64,000 nt of DNA from the NCBI GenBank assembly GCA_031265105.1, contig JAISDC010000267.1, positions 6,448 through 70,447 of the forward strand. The letters run 5' to 3'. Below, piece after piece: positions 35,567 to 44,989 of the stretch; position 1 is the stretch's first letter, and the number at the start of each line of letters is the position of its first letter. The notes beneath the pieces were generated by a model. The model ran no database searches. It saw only the letters and a list, made by a program, of their open reading frames with translations, and was not told the origin of the DNA. The translations under genes were made by a program, and so were the position numbers. Source of the DNA: Verrucomicrobiales bacterium (GTDB lineage: Bacteria; Verrucomicrobiota; Verrucomicrobiia; Methylacidiphilales; JAAUTS01).

Positions 35567-35622
35567 CAGGGAGATCATGGAGTTCATGAAGGGTTTTCTC
35601 CATGAATTTCCGGTAAAAATGG
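35567..35622. repeat. REP family F copy
   Basis: CAGGGAGATCATGGAGTTCATGAAGGGTTTTCTCCATGAATTTCCGGTAAAAATGG, related to 2155..2222 in inverted orientation. Confidence 0.65.
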
Positions 35623-35691
35623 ACTCATTCAGCCGACGGCCGAGGCGCTGACGGTGACGCGGCCGCTGATGATGCGCTACAACAGCCCGCG

Positions 35692-36786
35692 TCAGGCTGT
35701 GCGCATCGGCATGATGACATACAGGAACGGCTTGTTGTAGCGGATCACGCCCGGGCTGAGTTCGTCGGTAAAATCAAACGAAATTTCCGGGGTGTCGAGG
35801 TTGCGCAACGGGTCGGCCAGATATTCGGGATTGAACGCGGTGGCGAATTCCTTGCCCTTGTAATTGATAGCCAGCGACTCGCGCGCCTCGCCGACATCCG
35901 GGGTGTTGGCGGTAATTTCCAGAATGTTTTTGCCGAAGTTGAGTTTTACCGAATTGGATTTCTCGCTGGAGAGCAGGGCGACTCGCCGCACCGAGTTCAA
36001 AAACAATTCGCGTTCCAAGGTGATGCGCTCCTTGGTTTCGGTGGGAATGACCTGACGGTAATTCGGATAATTTCCCTCGATCAGCTTGGACACCAAAAAG
36101 GTGTCACCAACAGTGAATGAAATTTGGTTGTTAGCGGTGGCAATCACCACTTCCCCCTGGTCGGTCAGAATGTGCTGCAACTCGTTGACCGCTTTGGTCG
36201 GCAGAATCACATCCATCTCGCTGGTTTTCAGCACCTCGATTTCGTGGTCAACCAGCGCCAGCCGGCGTCCGTCCGTCGCCACCAGCGTCAGCTTGTTGTC
36301 CTTGAAACTTAGCAGGGTGCCGTTCAGCACATAACGGCTTTCGTCCGTGGACATCGCGTAGGCGGTTTTTTTCAGCATGTCCCGGAATACCGCCTGCTCA
36401 AGCTTGAACAACTGCGCGCTGTCCGCCTTGGGGAAGGGCGGAAAATCCGTTTCCGCCAGACCCATGATTTTGAAAAAACTGTTGCCGGAACGAATGCTGG
36501 CGTGCAGCTTGGCGTCCACCTCGATGGTGATTTCCGCGGCAGGCAACTCCCTGATGATGCTGAACAAGCGGCGCGCCGGCAGCGTAATCCCGCCGGCTTT
36601 TTCAATGACCGCCTCAACTGTGGTGCGGATGCCGGTGTCAAGGTCAGTGGTGGAAAGCGTCACCGTGCCGTCGCCGGTTTTGATCAGGACGTTGCTTAAT
36701 ACTGGCAGGGTGGTGCGCGTGCTGACCACGCTTTGCACCACTTGCAGCCCCGCAAGGAATTTATCGCGCTGGATGGAGATTTTCAT
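35692..36786 (-). CDS. dnaN: DNA polymerase III beta sliding clamp
   Basis: 364 aa with a three-domain clamp pattern (MKISIQRDKFLAGLQVVQSVV...). It lies downstream of dnaA. Confidence 0.95.
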   Translation of the reverse strand: MKISIQRDKFLAGLQVVQSVVSTRTTLPVLSNVLIKTGDGTVTLSTTDLDTGIRTTVEAVIEKAGGITLPARRLFSIIRELPAAEITIEVDAKLHASIRSGNSFFKIMGLAETDFPPFPKADSAQLFKLEQAVFRDMLKKTAYAMSTDESRYVLNGTLLSFKDNKLTLVATDGRRLALVDHEIEVLKTSEMDVILPTKAVNELQHILTDQGEVVIATANNQISFTVGDTFLVSKLIEGNYPNYRQVIPTETKERITLERELFLNSVRRVALLSSEKSNSVKLNFGKNILEITANTPDVGEARESLAINYKGKEFATAFNPEYLADPLRNLDTPEISFDFTDELSPGVIRYNKPFLYVIMPMRTA

Positions 36787-37029
36787 GTGTGTTGTTTCTA
36801 AGTAGTTCTTTATAGAGAGATAAAAAAAAGTAGCAATAAGCTTGTCAATAAGTCACGAAAAATCCTGCAAGTTTTTTATTATAAGCGGGTTTGCGTGGAA
36901 AACAGGCGGTGAAAAATTCGGGGGCAACGACGGTTAGCGGGGCGAAGTGGCGGGATTACCGGGGTTATTGGCCAGACTTGCATGGGTTATTCGGCACTTG
37001 TTGGTAACGCGGGCGGGCGCTGCCGGTGA
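36787..37029. other. dnaA-dnaN spacer with an unusually AT-rich stretch (36797-36890): candidate oriC/DUE, or simply the dnaN promoter region
   Basis: The AT-rich run TCTAAGTAGTTCTTTATAGAGAGATAAAAAAAAGTAGCAATAAGCTTGTCAATAAG stands out in a GC-rich genome. Only 7/9 DnaA-box-like sites are present (TGTCAATAA, CGTGGAAAA). Confidence 0.3.
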
Positions 37030-38403
37030 CTAGCGGGCGGTTTCCAGTTTTTGCAGCAGGAAGTTGATTTGCTGGCGCAGGTGTTCATTGCGCGCCATGT
37101 CGGCCTCGGTTTTTTTGCAGGCATGCAGGACGGTGCCGTGGTCGCGACCGCCAAAAGCCGCGCCGATTTCCTGCAAGGATTTCTGGGTCAGCCGGCGGCA
37201 CAGGTACATGGCCGCCATGCGCGGGATGGCGATGTTATTCGGGCGGCGCTTGCTGGTCATGTCGGTCATGCGGATATCGAAGGTTTCCGCCACCTTCTGC
37301 TGAATGGTTTCGATGGTCAGCATGTTGCGGGCTTCCTGCTGGATGAAATCTTTCAGCAGTTCCTCGACCTGCGCCTGGGTCAGTTTTTTATCGTTGAGCG
37401 CGGCCCAGGCCGCGACCCGGTTGAGCGCGCCCTCGAGCCGGCGGATGTTGGCCTTGACGCGCTCGGCGATGAACAGCAGCACCCCGTCGCCCAGCCGGAC
37501 TTCCAGCTTGGCGGCCTTGGCCTTCAGGATGGCCAGCCGGGTCTCGATGTCCGGCGGCGCCAACTCGGCCGCCAAGCCCCACTCGAAGCGGGACACCAGG
37601 CGCTGTTCCAGGTTCTTGACCTCGGACGGCGGACTGTCGCAGGTTAGGATGATCTGCTTGCTGCCGTCAAACAGGGCGTTGAAAGTGTGAAAGAATTCCT
37701 CCTGCGAGCGTTCCTTGCCGGCGAAAAACTGGATGTCGTCAATCAGCAGCAGATCCGCCTGGCGAAAGCGTTTGCGAAACTTGACGATTTCGCCGTGCTG
37801 GATGGCGGAGATGAATTCGTTGGTGAATTGCTCGGAAGTGACATAGACCACCTTGGGCGGCTTGCCGCCTTTTTTGGTTTTGACGATTTGGTGGCCGATG
37901 GCGTGCATCAGGTGCGTCTTGCCCAACCCGACCGCGCCATGGATAAACAGCGGGTTGTAAATTCTGGCGGGCGACTTGGCCACCGCTTTGGCGGCCGCGG
38001 TGGCGAATTCGTTATTGGCGCCGACGACAAAGGTTTCAAACACGTAACGCGGAATCAGGTCGCTGACGGTCGTCGCTTTGGCGCTGTGGGGGCGCTCCTC
38101 GGCAGGCGGCTCCTTGGCGGCGGATTCCCTGGCGCCCCGGTTGGCGGCCACCTCAAAGACCACGTCGAGGTACTGCCCGGCGGCCAGCGCCAGCGATTCC
38201 TTGAGCTGCGTGGTGTAGTTTTCCTCAATCCAGAACGGGTAGATGGAATTATCCACGCCCAGCACCAGGCGCCCGGCTTCCAGGGACAGCGGCTTGACGG
38301 GTGCGAACCAGCGGCGAAACGCATCGGGAGAAATCAATTTCTGCAATTCCTGGCAGGTCTTCTGCCAAAGTTCCTGCGGATCGCTGATGAAGGGTGCTTC
38401 CAT
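37030..38403 (-). CDS. dnaA: Chromosomal replication initiator protein DnaA
   Basis: 457 aa with AAA+ motifs (GAVGLGKTHLMHAIG, LLLIDDIQF) and a C-terminal DNA-binding domain (FGGRDHGTVLHACKK). Confidence 0.95.
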   Translation of the reverse strand: MEAPFISDPQELWQKTCQELQKLISPDAFRRWFAPVKPLSLEAGRLVLGVDNSIYPFWIEENYTTQLKESLALAAGQYLDVVFEVAANRGARESAAKEPPAEERPHSAKATTVSDLIPRYVFETFVVGANNEFATAAAKAVAKSPARIYNPLFIHGAVGLGKTHLMHAIGHQIVKTKKGGKPPKVVYVTSEQFTNEFISAIQHGEIVKFRKRFRQADLLLIDDIQFFAGKERSQEEFFHTFNALFDGSKQIILTCDSPPSEVKNLEQRLVSRFEWGLAAELAPPDIETRLAILKAKAAKLEVRLGDGVLLFIAERVKANIRRLEGALNRVAAWAALNDKKLTQAQVEELLKDFIQQEARNMLTIETIQQKVAETFDIRMTDMTSKRRPNNIAIPRMAAMYLCRRLTQKSLQEIGAAFGGRDHGTVLHACKKTEADMARNEHLRQQINFLLQKLETAR

Positions 38404-38528
38404 GTCGAAGGCTATAGATTAGAAACCGCTGAAATCCCGCGGCAAGTACAAAAGCGCAAAATTAACCAAACCCGCGCGCCACACCGTCAGCGGCTGACCG
38501 ACGGGCTGGCGCCCGGCGCGCGAACCGG

Positions 38529-38894
<366 letters not shown>

Positions 38895-38987
38895 TTAAAG
38901 AACGGGCACCATAGGTTAAAAGCGCGGGGTGCGCCAGAAATAATTTGTAAAATTCACCGTTTATTAACCGCCGCGGCGCGAAGAAAA

Positions 38988-39062
38988 TTGAACCACGAAG
39001 ACACAAAGGCACGAAGATTTGTTTAAAAAAACACTTTGTGTCTTGGTGCCTTAGTGGTTCAA
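38988..39062. repeat. REP family G hairpin (TTGAACCACGAAGACACAAAGGCACGAAG ... CTTTGTGTCTTGGTGCCTTAGTGGTTCAA)
   Basis: Long imperfect inverted repeat between glnB and autotransporter 2. Confidence 0.8.
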
Positions 39063-39068
39063 ATTGTT

Positions 39069-41174
39069 TTAGAACTGGTGACGGTAGCCCGCGGTCAGGC
39101 CCCAGGGTTTGTCGTACTTGTTGCCGAAGGAGGCTTCGTAGTCCAAGTGCAACTGATTGTTGGTGTCGAGTTGCCAGATGAGGCCGGCGCCGAGTTCGGC
39201 TCTGGCACCGTCAGTGTTAGCGCGGGTGGATTGATAGCCGTTTCTGATGGCGCCACCGCTGCTGATGGTTTCGACGCCGCTGATCTTGATATAGGGTTGT
39301 AACGCGCCGCTGTTGGTGAGTTTAATGGTTCTGCCAAACAAGCTACCGATGCGGAGTTGCAGGGCGTCGAGGTCTTGGGCGCTGATGGTCAAGGGAGCGG
39401 CGCTGTAATTCTCGGCGAGGATGTGGAGGTAGTTTACTTGGAGTTGTGGCTCGATGAACCAGTCATCGGTGAAGGTGAATTTGTTGCCAATCTCAATGCT
39501 GCCACCGATATTCACGTCGCTGTAGTTGGCTTTGAGTTGGGTGGTGCCGTAAGGGGCTTTCAGGTTGTTGTTGACACTGGCAGCCTTGAAAGTGGCATCT
39601 ATATAGAAGCCGCTGGAGTGGAGCCAAGTGGCGTAGAGGCCGCCGTAGTAGCTGTTGAGTTCACCGTCAGTGCCGGGGGTGCGGTAGTCGAGGTCGCTGC
39701 GACCATAGCCGGCATACACTCCAAGATACAAGTCACTGTCAGCGCTGATGGTGAACTTGTGATCCGTGCCGAGATCGACGCCGTAGATGAGTTGTTCGTA
39801 GGCTTTGCCTGCTACTTGGCTGCCGACGTTTAATTGTTGGCCGTAGCTTCTGAGCCAGAGGTTGTCGATGAGGTTATGGAACGCGGGCGTCTCGCCCGCC
39901 AGCGGGCGGGACGCCCGCGCTCCATAGCGCAGTTCACCCATGCGTTTGAGCAAACTGTTTTGCTGCGCGAACCACATGGCTTGTTGGATGGCCACGCTGC
40001 TGTTGAGGACGGCGCCGGCGGGGCTGGTACCGTTTTTCACGAAGTAGTCGCCGTCTTTGATGACGGTGTCGATGCCCCAGTCGATGGGATCCCACTGCCA
40101 GTGCTCCGTGCCCTCGCCGCTGACGATGCCGGGCAGTACGTCGTTGGGATTGAGTTGGCCGTTGCCGGTGGTGTCGCTGTGGACTTTGCCTTCACCGTCA
40201 GCGGTATCGGTTATGTGGATGGAGCCACCCTCGCCGGTGTCGCTGTTGACGTTGATGTTGATGGTGCCGGTGTGGGTCAGGTTGTCGAAGATGACTTCGT
40301 AGTCGCCGATGTTCCACACGCCGTGGTTCTCGCCGTAGTTGCCGTGGCTGTTTTTGTTGAAGGTCCACGCGCTGTCCTCGCCGGTGATGAGGTTGCCGCC
40401 GGCGAAGCCGCCGCTGCCGATGGCGCCGGTGTCAAGGATGACGGTGATGGTGCTGTCGTCGTGTTGCGCGATGTCGCCGGTGAAGCTGCTGCCGGGGCCG
40501 CTGACGGTGACATCGATGGTGGCGGTGCCGCTGGCGGTGAGGTCACCGATGATGCCGCTATTTTTGCCATTGATGGTTAGGGAACCATCGTTGGTGTTAG
40601 CGCTGTTACCGGTCAGATTGGTGTCGTCCAAATTAATGGTAATATTTCCGTGACCGTTATTAACCACATCGCCGATGATGCCGCTGCCGTTGTTGACATT
40701 GACGGTCATGTCGCCTTGCGCGCCACTGCCAGCGGTGAGACCGCCAGCTTGCGTGGCGTCCGCGTGGTCCAGTGTCAGCGTGACGGTGCCGCCGGTGGTG
40801 ACTTCATCATTAATCAGGCCGTTGGTTATTAATCTGGCGCCATCACTGACGGTCACGTGCATCGTGTTGGCGCTGCCGTTGCCGTTGGTTGAGGTGTTAA
40901 TCAGCGGCGTATTGGGCGCGTCAATCGTGCCGCCGATGATTTCCACAGTTTTGACGCCATTGCGACCGACCACGGTGAAAATACCGGCCGCCGTGTCGGT
41001 TTCTATCGTGGGATTTTCCAAATGCAGCAACGCATTGCCACCGTCAGCGAAACGTACCGCATAGTCGGTGCCGCGATAGATGATACGTGTGTTGCTGCCC
41101 GTCACGGTTCCGCCCGCACCGGTATAACCAATCACCCGTAACCTCGATGAATCAATCGTGGCGCCGGTACCCAA
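39069..41174 (-). CDS. Autotransporter paralog 2, C-terminal 701 aa (passenger repeats + beta-barrel); lacks its own signal peptide
   Basis: The last ~470 aa are ~90 % identical (by eye) to paralog 1. The ORF begins at a TTG inside a 7-nt tandem duplication and continues the upstream ORF 41152..41946 if one repeat unit is removed. Confidence 0.8.
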   Translation of the reverse strand: MGTGATIDSSRLRVIGYTGAGGTVTGSNTRIIYRGTDYAVRFADGGNALLHLENPTIETDTAAGIFTVVGRNGVKTVEIIGGTIDAPNTPLINTSTNGNGSANTMHVTVSDGARLITNGLINDEVTTGGTVTLTLDHADATQAGGLTAGSGAQGDMTVNVNNGSGIIGDVVNNGHGNITINLDDTNLTGNSANTNDGSLTINGKNSGIIGDLTASGTATIDVTVSGPGSSFTGDIAQHDDSTITVILDTGAIGSGGFAGGNLITGEDSAWTFNKNSHGNYGENHGVWNIGDYEVIFDNLTHTGTININVNSDTGEGGSIHITDTADGEGKVHSDTTGNGQLNPNDVLPGIVSGEGTEHWQWDPIDWGIDTVIKDGDYFVKNGTSPAGAVLNSSVAIQQAMWFAQQNSLLKRMGELRYGARASRPLAGETPAFHNLIDNLWLRSYGQQLNVGSQVAGKAYEQLIYGVDLGTDHKFTISADSDLYLGVYAGYGRSDLDYRTPGTDGELNSYYGGLYATWLHSSGFYIDATFKAASVNNNLKAPYGTTQLKANYSDVNIGGSIEIGNKFTFTDDWFIEPQLQVNYLHILAENYSAAPLTISAQDLDALQLRIGSLFGRTIKLTNSGALQPYIKISGVETISSGGAIRNGYQSTRANTDGARAELGAGLIWQLDTNNQLHLDYEASFGNKYDKPWGLTAGYRHQF
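39876..39925. repeat. REP-C palindrome in frame in autotransporter 2
   Basis: ATGGAACGCGGGCGTCTCGCCCGCCAGCGGGCGGGACGCCCGCGCTCCAT. Confidence 0.8.
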
Positions 41175-41946
41175 CTCCCAACTCCAAAGCGCCGCCTTCG
41201 ATGTTAATAGTATGACTACTGCCGCCGTTCATGTGGGTCAGTTGCAGGTTGTTGCCAAAGGTCAGGCGGGCGGCGCGCGCCACGGTTATAGCTAGTTTAT
41301 AGGTGAGGATTTCCGCCTCATTGCCAACGGTCACTTGACTATTATTCAGGACGTTAAGCATGGCATAGGGACCAGTATGAGAACCGCTGATTTGGAATCG
41401 GTCGCCGATTGTGACGACGGCATTGGTGGCGCTCAAAGCTGCGCCTGCGCCAGTGTTAGCGACGACATTGGAGTTAGTGTTGATAATCCGCACATCGTCG
41501 CCAAGGGAGGCGTAGCTGTCACGGATGTTAATTCTCGTCGCATCCTTGGAAGCGACATTGATCGTCAGCCCGCCGGTCACCGTCAGCGTGCCGCCATTGG
41601 TCACGAGCATACCGGTGGTATTTTGCGTGTAGGAATTTATCGTGCCACCCGCCTGAATACGCAAAAACGCCGCATCCACGGACACCACCGGCCCCCAACG
41701 GTCGCCGGTTTGCGCGGAATTAAAGACGCTGGCGGTATCCACCGTGTATTTGGTATCCGCGTTAACGACTTCCAAGGCGATGTCAGATGCGCCCGTCTTT
41801 GCGGTCAGGTTCAATGCCCCGTCGCTGACGGTGGTGCCGGAGGTGATGCTGGAGGTTGCCGCTGCCATTGCACTCAACGGCAACACCGCCATGCCGCTGA
41901 CAGTCAGCAACAATGCGGTCCAGTTTGATATGATATTGTTATTCAT
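41152..41946 (-). CDS. Autotransporter paralog 2, N-terminal fragment (signal peptide + passenger start)
   Basis: A start at MNNNIISNWTALLLTVSGMAVLPLSAMA (41946) is preferred. The ORF ends 8 codons after the 7-nt duplication. Confidence 0.7.
   Translation of the reverse strand: MNNNIISNWTALLLTVSGMAVLPLSAMAAATSSITSGTTVSDGALNLTAKTGASDIALEVVNADTKYTVDTASVFNSAQTGDRWGPVVSVDAAFLRIQAGGTINSYTQNTTGMLVTNGGTLTVTGGLTINVASKDATRINIRDSYASLGDDVRIINTNSNVVANTGAGAALSATNAVVTIGDRFQISGSHTGPYAMLNVLNNSQVTVGNEAEILTYKLAITVARAARLTFGNNLQLTHMNGGSSHTINIEGGALELGVGYRRHD
41171..41185. repeat. 7-nt tandem duplication (coding sense GGAGTTG GGAGTTG) that frameshifts autotransporter 2
   Basis: The plus strand reads CCAACTC CCAACTC. 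Deleting one unit fuses ..INIEGGALEL to GTGATIDSSRLRVIGYTG.. in frame. Confidence 0.85.
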
Positions 41947-42085
41947 TTTGATTTTTTGGTTATCTATCACCACACTATTACGAGCATGGAGCTCGTATTT
42001 ATAAACGGCCCCGCGTTAAGGGGCAAGATTTTTTTGCGAGCCTGGTGCTCGTAATTAATCGCCGGTCTGTTGGCATCCTAGAAAT

Positions 42086-42298
42086 GTGCTGCCTCATTAC
42101 CAAATTCTGGGAAACAATATCAGACGATTGCGTGTCGGCATGAAGTTGACACAGGAACGGCTGGCTGAGGATGCCGATTTGGCGTTGCGTTATATTCAGG
42201 AAATTGAGGCTGGTGAAAAAGGCCCCAGTCTGGCGGCTTTGCTGCGTATCCGAAAGGTACTGCGCTGCCGGTGGGATAATTTGCTGGCGAAATTGTAA
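42086..42298 (+). CDS. XRE-family helix-turn-helix regulator
   Basis: 70 aa with a GTG start and an HTH segment (MKLTQERLAEDADLALRYIQEIEAGEK). It is a paralog of 42985..43200. Confidence 0.6.
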   Translation: MLPHYQILGNNIRRLRVGMKLTQERLAEDADLALRYIQEIEAGEKGPSLAALLRIRKVLRCRWDNLLAKL

Positions 42299-42338
42299 AC
42301 CGCCCGCTGCCGGTGCCTCTAAAACTCTTAGAGCCTGT

Positions 42339-42593
42339 TCATAATCTTTTGAGGAGCAAGGCAAGTAGGGCGAGGACGGCGAATTGGAGTGAGGAGTTGA
42401 GGAGCCGTTCGCAGTTTTTCCAGCGGCGGCGATGTTTTTCCAACCAGGCAAAGGTGCATTCAACGATCCAGCGTTTGGGCAGCACCACGAAGGCGGCTGG
42501 TTCCGCACGCTTGACGATTTGCACCTTGGCGCGCGGCAAGCAGTGGTTGACCTCCTGGGCAAAGGTGGCGCCACTGTAGCCGTGGTCGGCGCC
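42339..42593 (-). mobile_element. IS5/IS4-superfamily transposase 3' remnant (no intact IS)
   Basis: The conserved C-terminal block PKRWIVE.TFAWL...RR..K..ER is present. No N-terminal transposase part or terminal inverted repeats were recognised. Confidence 0.55.
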
Positions 42594-42821
42594 AGTGCCG
42601 GTGAGGGTGAGGTTGCTGCCGGTGAAATTCCAGGTGCTACTGTTGGTGAGGGCAGCTTGGCTGGCACTGTTTTCATAATGAGTGCCGCTGACGGTGGTGT
42701 TGGAGGTGACGACGAAGTTCTGCGCGAACACGTTCAACGCAGTGACGCTGAGGGTGCAGAGGAGGGTTAAGATCAGGGTTAGTTTTTTCATCTTGGGGGT
42801 TTTCATAAGTTTGGGGTTCAT
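42339..42821 (-). pseudogene. Chimeric ORF: signal peptide and passenger-like N-terminus fused to an IS5-family transposase C-terminal remnant
   Basis: The N-terminus (MNPKLMKTPKMKKLTLILTLLCTLSVTALNVFA ... SNLTLTGTG) switches at about aa 78 to DHGYSG...VQIVKR...VLPKRWIVECTFAWLEKHRRRWKNCERL. Confidence 0.6.
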
Positions 42822-42984
42822 AAAAATTTGGGGTTAACACCCGGTTTCCGTGCCAACGTCATCCCTTGGTTTGTTATTTCCAAAATCATCGGTTGAAAGA
42901 TTTATCGGAAAATAGATTAATGTAAAGCAAAAAGCGTAGTATGCTTCGCTTTCAGATTTTCGCTGCCGTGCATTCTTTGGACTG

Positions 42985-43200
42985 GTGAAAACAACCAGTA
43001 GCAAAGCCTTTGGTAAAAATATTTGCAAATTCCGTACCAGTGCCGGCGTCACCCAGGAGCAACTTGCGGAACAGGCGGATATCAGCCGCCGATATGTCCA
43101 GCTTATCGAGGCTGGAACCTACACGCCCACCGTGACGGTGGCCGCCCGCTTGCGCCGCGCCCTGGGTATCACTTGGCACGACCTCATGCGCGGTGTTTGA
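42985..43200 (+). CDS. XRE-family helix-turn-helix regulator
   Basis: 71 aa with a GTG start and an HTH segment (GVTQEQLAEQADISRRYVQLIEAGTYTP). Confidence 0.6.
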   Translation: MKTTSSKAFGKNICKFRTSAGVTQEQLAEQADISRRYVQLIEAGTYTPTVTVAARLRRALGITWHDLMRGV

Positions 43201-43267
43201 ACTGCGCGCTGACGATGAGTCGGTTTCGCGATTCTTCGGTGATTATGCCGGTTGAATTACCAATCTT

Positions 43268-43367
43268 ATTTTGTGACTCATCTATGCGATGCAACGATAT
43301 TTGTGACTCAAAAAATCGTATCTATGAGACACAAGGTAGCTTGTATCGCACAGATGAGTCACAAAAT
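43268..43367. repeat. 100-bp unit bounded by 16-bp perfect inverted repeats (ATTTTGTGACTCATCT / AGATGAGTCACAAAAT) with a third TTTGTGACTCA copy inside
   Basis: Arms at 43268-43283 and 43352-43367, with an internal copy at 43310-43320. The right arm overlaps the Fic stop codon. Confidence 0.8.
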
Positions 43368-44486
43368 AAATTCTTTTCCTTCGGCTATGTTCAAAAGCTC
43401 CTTAAATGCGTAAATACCTGACTGTCTGCCTCTTCCTTCGCGAACAGTGGCCAGGATTTGCTTTCCACGCATCAAATTAAGTATGCGGGTCGCGGTTGGT
43501 TTGGGTATTCCTGAGTGTTTAGGATTAGTAAAATGTGAAGCCGAAAAAATAGGTGTCTTAAAAATAAAATCAACCGCACGGATGGCATGTTGTGAGTGGG
43601 TAAAATCAGGAGATTCCGCTTTTAGCCGGTGGTAAAGGGATAAAATGGTTCGTGCCTTACGTTCATTTTCCTCAGCCTGTTGGATGATGCCTTGCAGAAA
43701 AAAGGCACACCAGCCAGTCCAGTCGTTATCGCGGGAAACCGCTCGTAACCGTTCTTGATATTCTTCACGATTAGCTTCCAAGTAGCCGCTCATATAAAAA
43801 TCCGGGCTGGAAAGCAGTTTGTGTTGCAGTAAAAACAATGGGAGTAACATCCTGCCCAAGCGCCCGTTGCCGTCCTGAAACGGATGTAAAGCCTCAAACT
43901 CCACATGCAAAACGGCAAGCTGAATGAGTTTGTCCGGTTCTTTCTCGCTACCGAAATATTTTTCCCATAAATCCATTCCCGATTGCAGATGAGCAAGGTC
44001 AATGGGCATAAAACTTGCCGCTTGGATGGAACAACCGCGAGGACCAATCCAATTTTGGTCGGCACGATATTGTCCCGGGGTTTTGTCCTGTCCTCTCACA
44101 CCGCGCATCAGCAAAGCGTGGGCCGAGCGCAGAATCTGCTGTGAAAAAGGGCGTTGTTTCAGTTCACCCGCGCAAGCTTGCATGGCTTTGCGGTAATTCA
44201 ATACCTCCTCGACATCATCACGCTTGGCTTGGGAAAACAACTCGGGTTGCCCACCGGCTTCCACTTCCAACACTTCGCTCATGGTGACATGTGTGTCCTC
44301 GATTTTGGAAGACAAAACGGCTTCCTGCGTGGTCATGGGGGCCAACAAAACATGGGCATTGGGAATTGCCGAGAGCAAGCCTTCGTAACGCGCCAGCCCC
44401 GCGTTCGCCGGTCCAATCAGCGGGATGAGTTTGTCCCAATCCAGACTGGGAGGTGGAAACTTTCCTTGGTGGTATTGAACTGGCAT
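43359..44486 (-). CDS. Fic family protein (AMPylase-type, Fic_N + Fic + C-terminal wHTH)
   Basis: 375 aa with the catalytic motif HPFQDGNGRLGR. The N-terminal SSKIED corresponds to the autoinhibitory (S/T)xxxE(G/N) helix with D in place of G/N. Confidence 0.9.
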   Translation of the reverse strand: MPVQYHQGKFPPPSLDWDKLIPLIGPANAGLARYEGLLSAIPNAHVLLAPMTTQEAVLSSKIEDTHVTMSEVLEVEAGGQPELFSQAKRDDVEEVLNYRKAMQACAGELKQRPFSQQILRSAHALLMRGVRGQDKTPGQYRADQNWIGPRGCSIQAASFMPIDLAHLQSGMDLWEKYFGSEKEPDKLIQLAVLHVEFEALHPFQDGNGRLGRMLLPLFLLQHKLLSSPDFYMSGYLEANREEYQERLRAVSRDNDWTGWCAFFLQGIIQQAEENERKARTILSLYHRLKAESPDFTHSQHAIRAVDFIFKTPIFSASHFTNPKHSGIPKPTATRILNLMRGKQILATVREGRGRQSGIYAFKELLNIAEGKEFIL

Positions 44487-44649
44487 AACTTGAAATTGTA
44501 ACAGGGGTTTGCAAAAAAGTCTAACCAGTAGGTCTTGCTCAGCGATTCCCGTTGAAGACCGCCCCCTGTTTCCATTGTCAGCGGCAGCGAAGGCTCAACC
44601 CGTTGACGCGCGGGGCTTCACCTCACCGGCTCCAGCACCAACGAAGTAT

Positions 44650-44904
44650 TCATATCCGGCGGCCGGCGTTAATCAAATCCTTGGTAGTTTCGCCTTTGGG
44701 CAGTGGTTTGATAGTTGCGCGTAACGCAAACAACCGTTCCATTACTTCGTGGATGCCCATCTTTTCTTCGGGCTGCGGGATGGGCGTGACTTTGGCGAAA
44801 GGTTTGCTGCGGCGGGAGATGATGACTTCCCGGCCTTTGGCGACTTGCCGCGACAACGCCGACCAACGCGCCTCGCTGACACTGACTGTTTTCAATGCGG
44901 CCAT
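44650..44904 (-). CDS. Phd/YefM-family type II antitoxin (no intact partner toxin)
   Basis: MAALKTVSVSEARWSALSRQVAKGREVIISRRSKPFAKVTPI. The ATG at 44904 is preferred over the GTG at 44907. Confidence 0.65.
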   Translation of the reverse strand: MAALKTVSVSEARWSALSRQVAKGREVIISRRSKPFAKVTPIPQPEEKMGIHEVMERLFALRATIKPLPKGETTKDLINAGRRI

Positions 44905-44989
44905 CACTATAAGCTACGTAATTCACGCTGACGGTCAAATGTTGTCGAAAAACAAACCTCCACGAACTCCATGTTCTCCCTGTAAAAAT

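Noticed and set aside
41999-42676. 225-aa minus-strand ORF between autotransporter 2 and the IS remnant
   Set aside because: It overlaps the XRE gene and the transposase remnant in other frames. It is Pro/Ser/Ala-rich with no motif or plausible start context.
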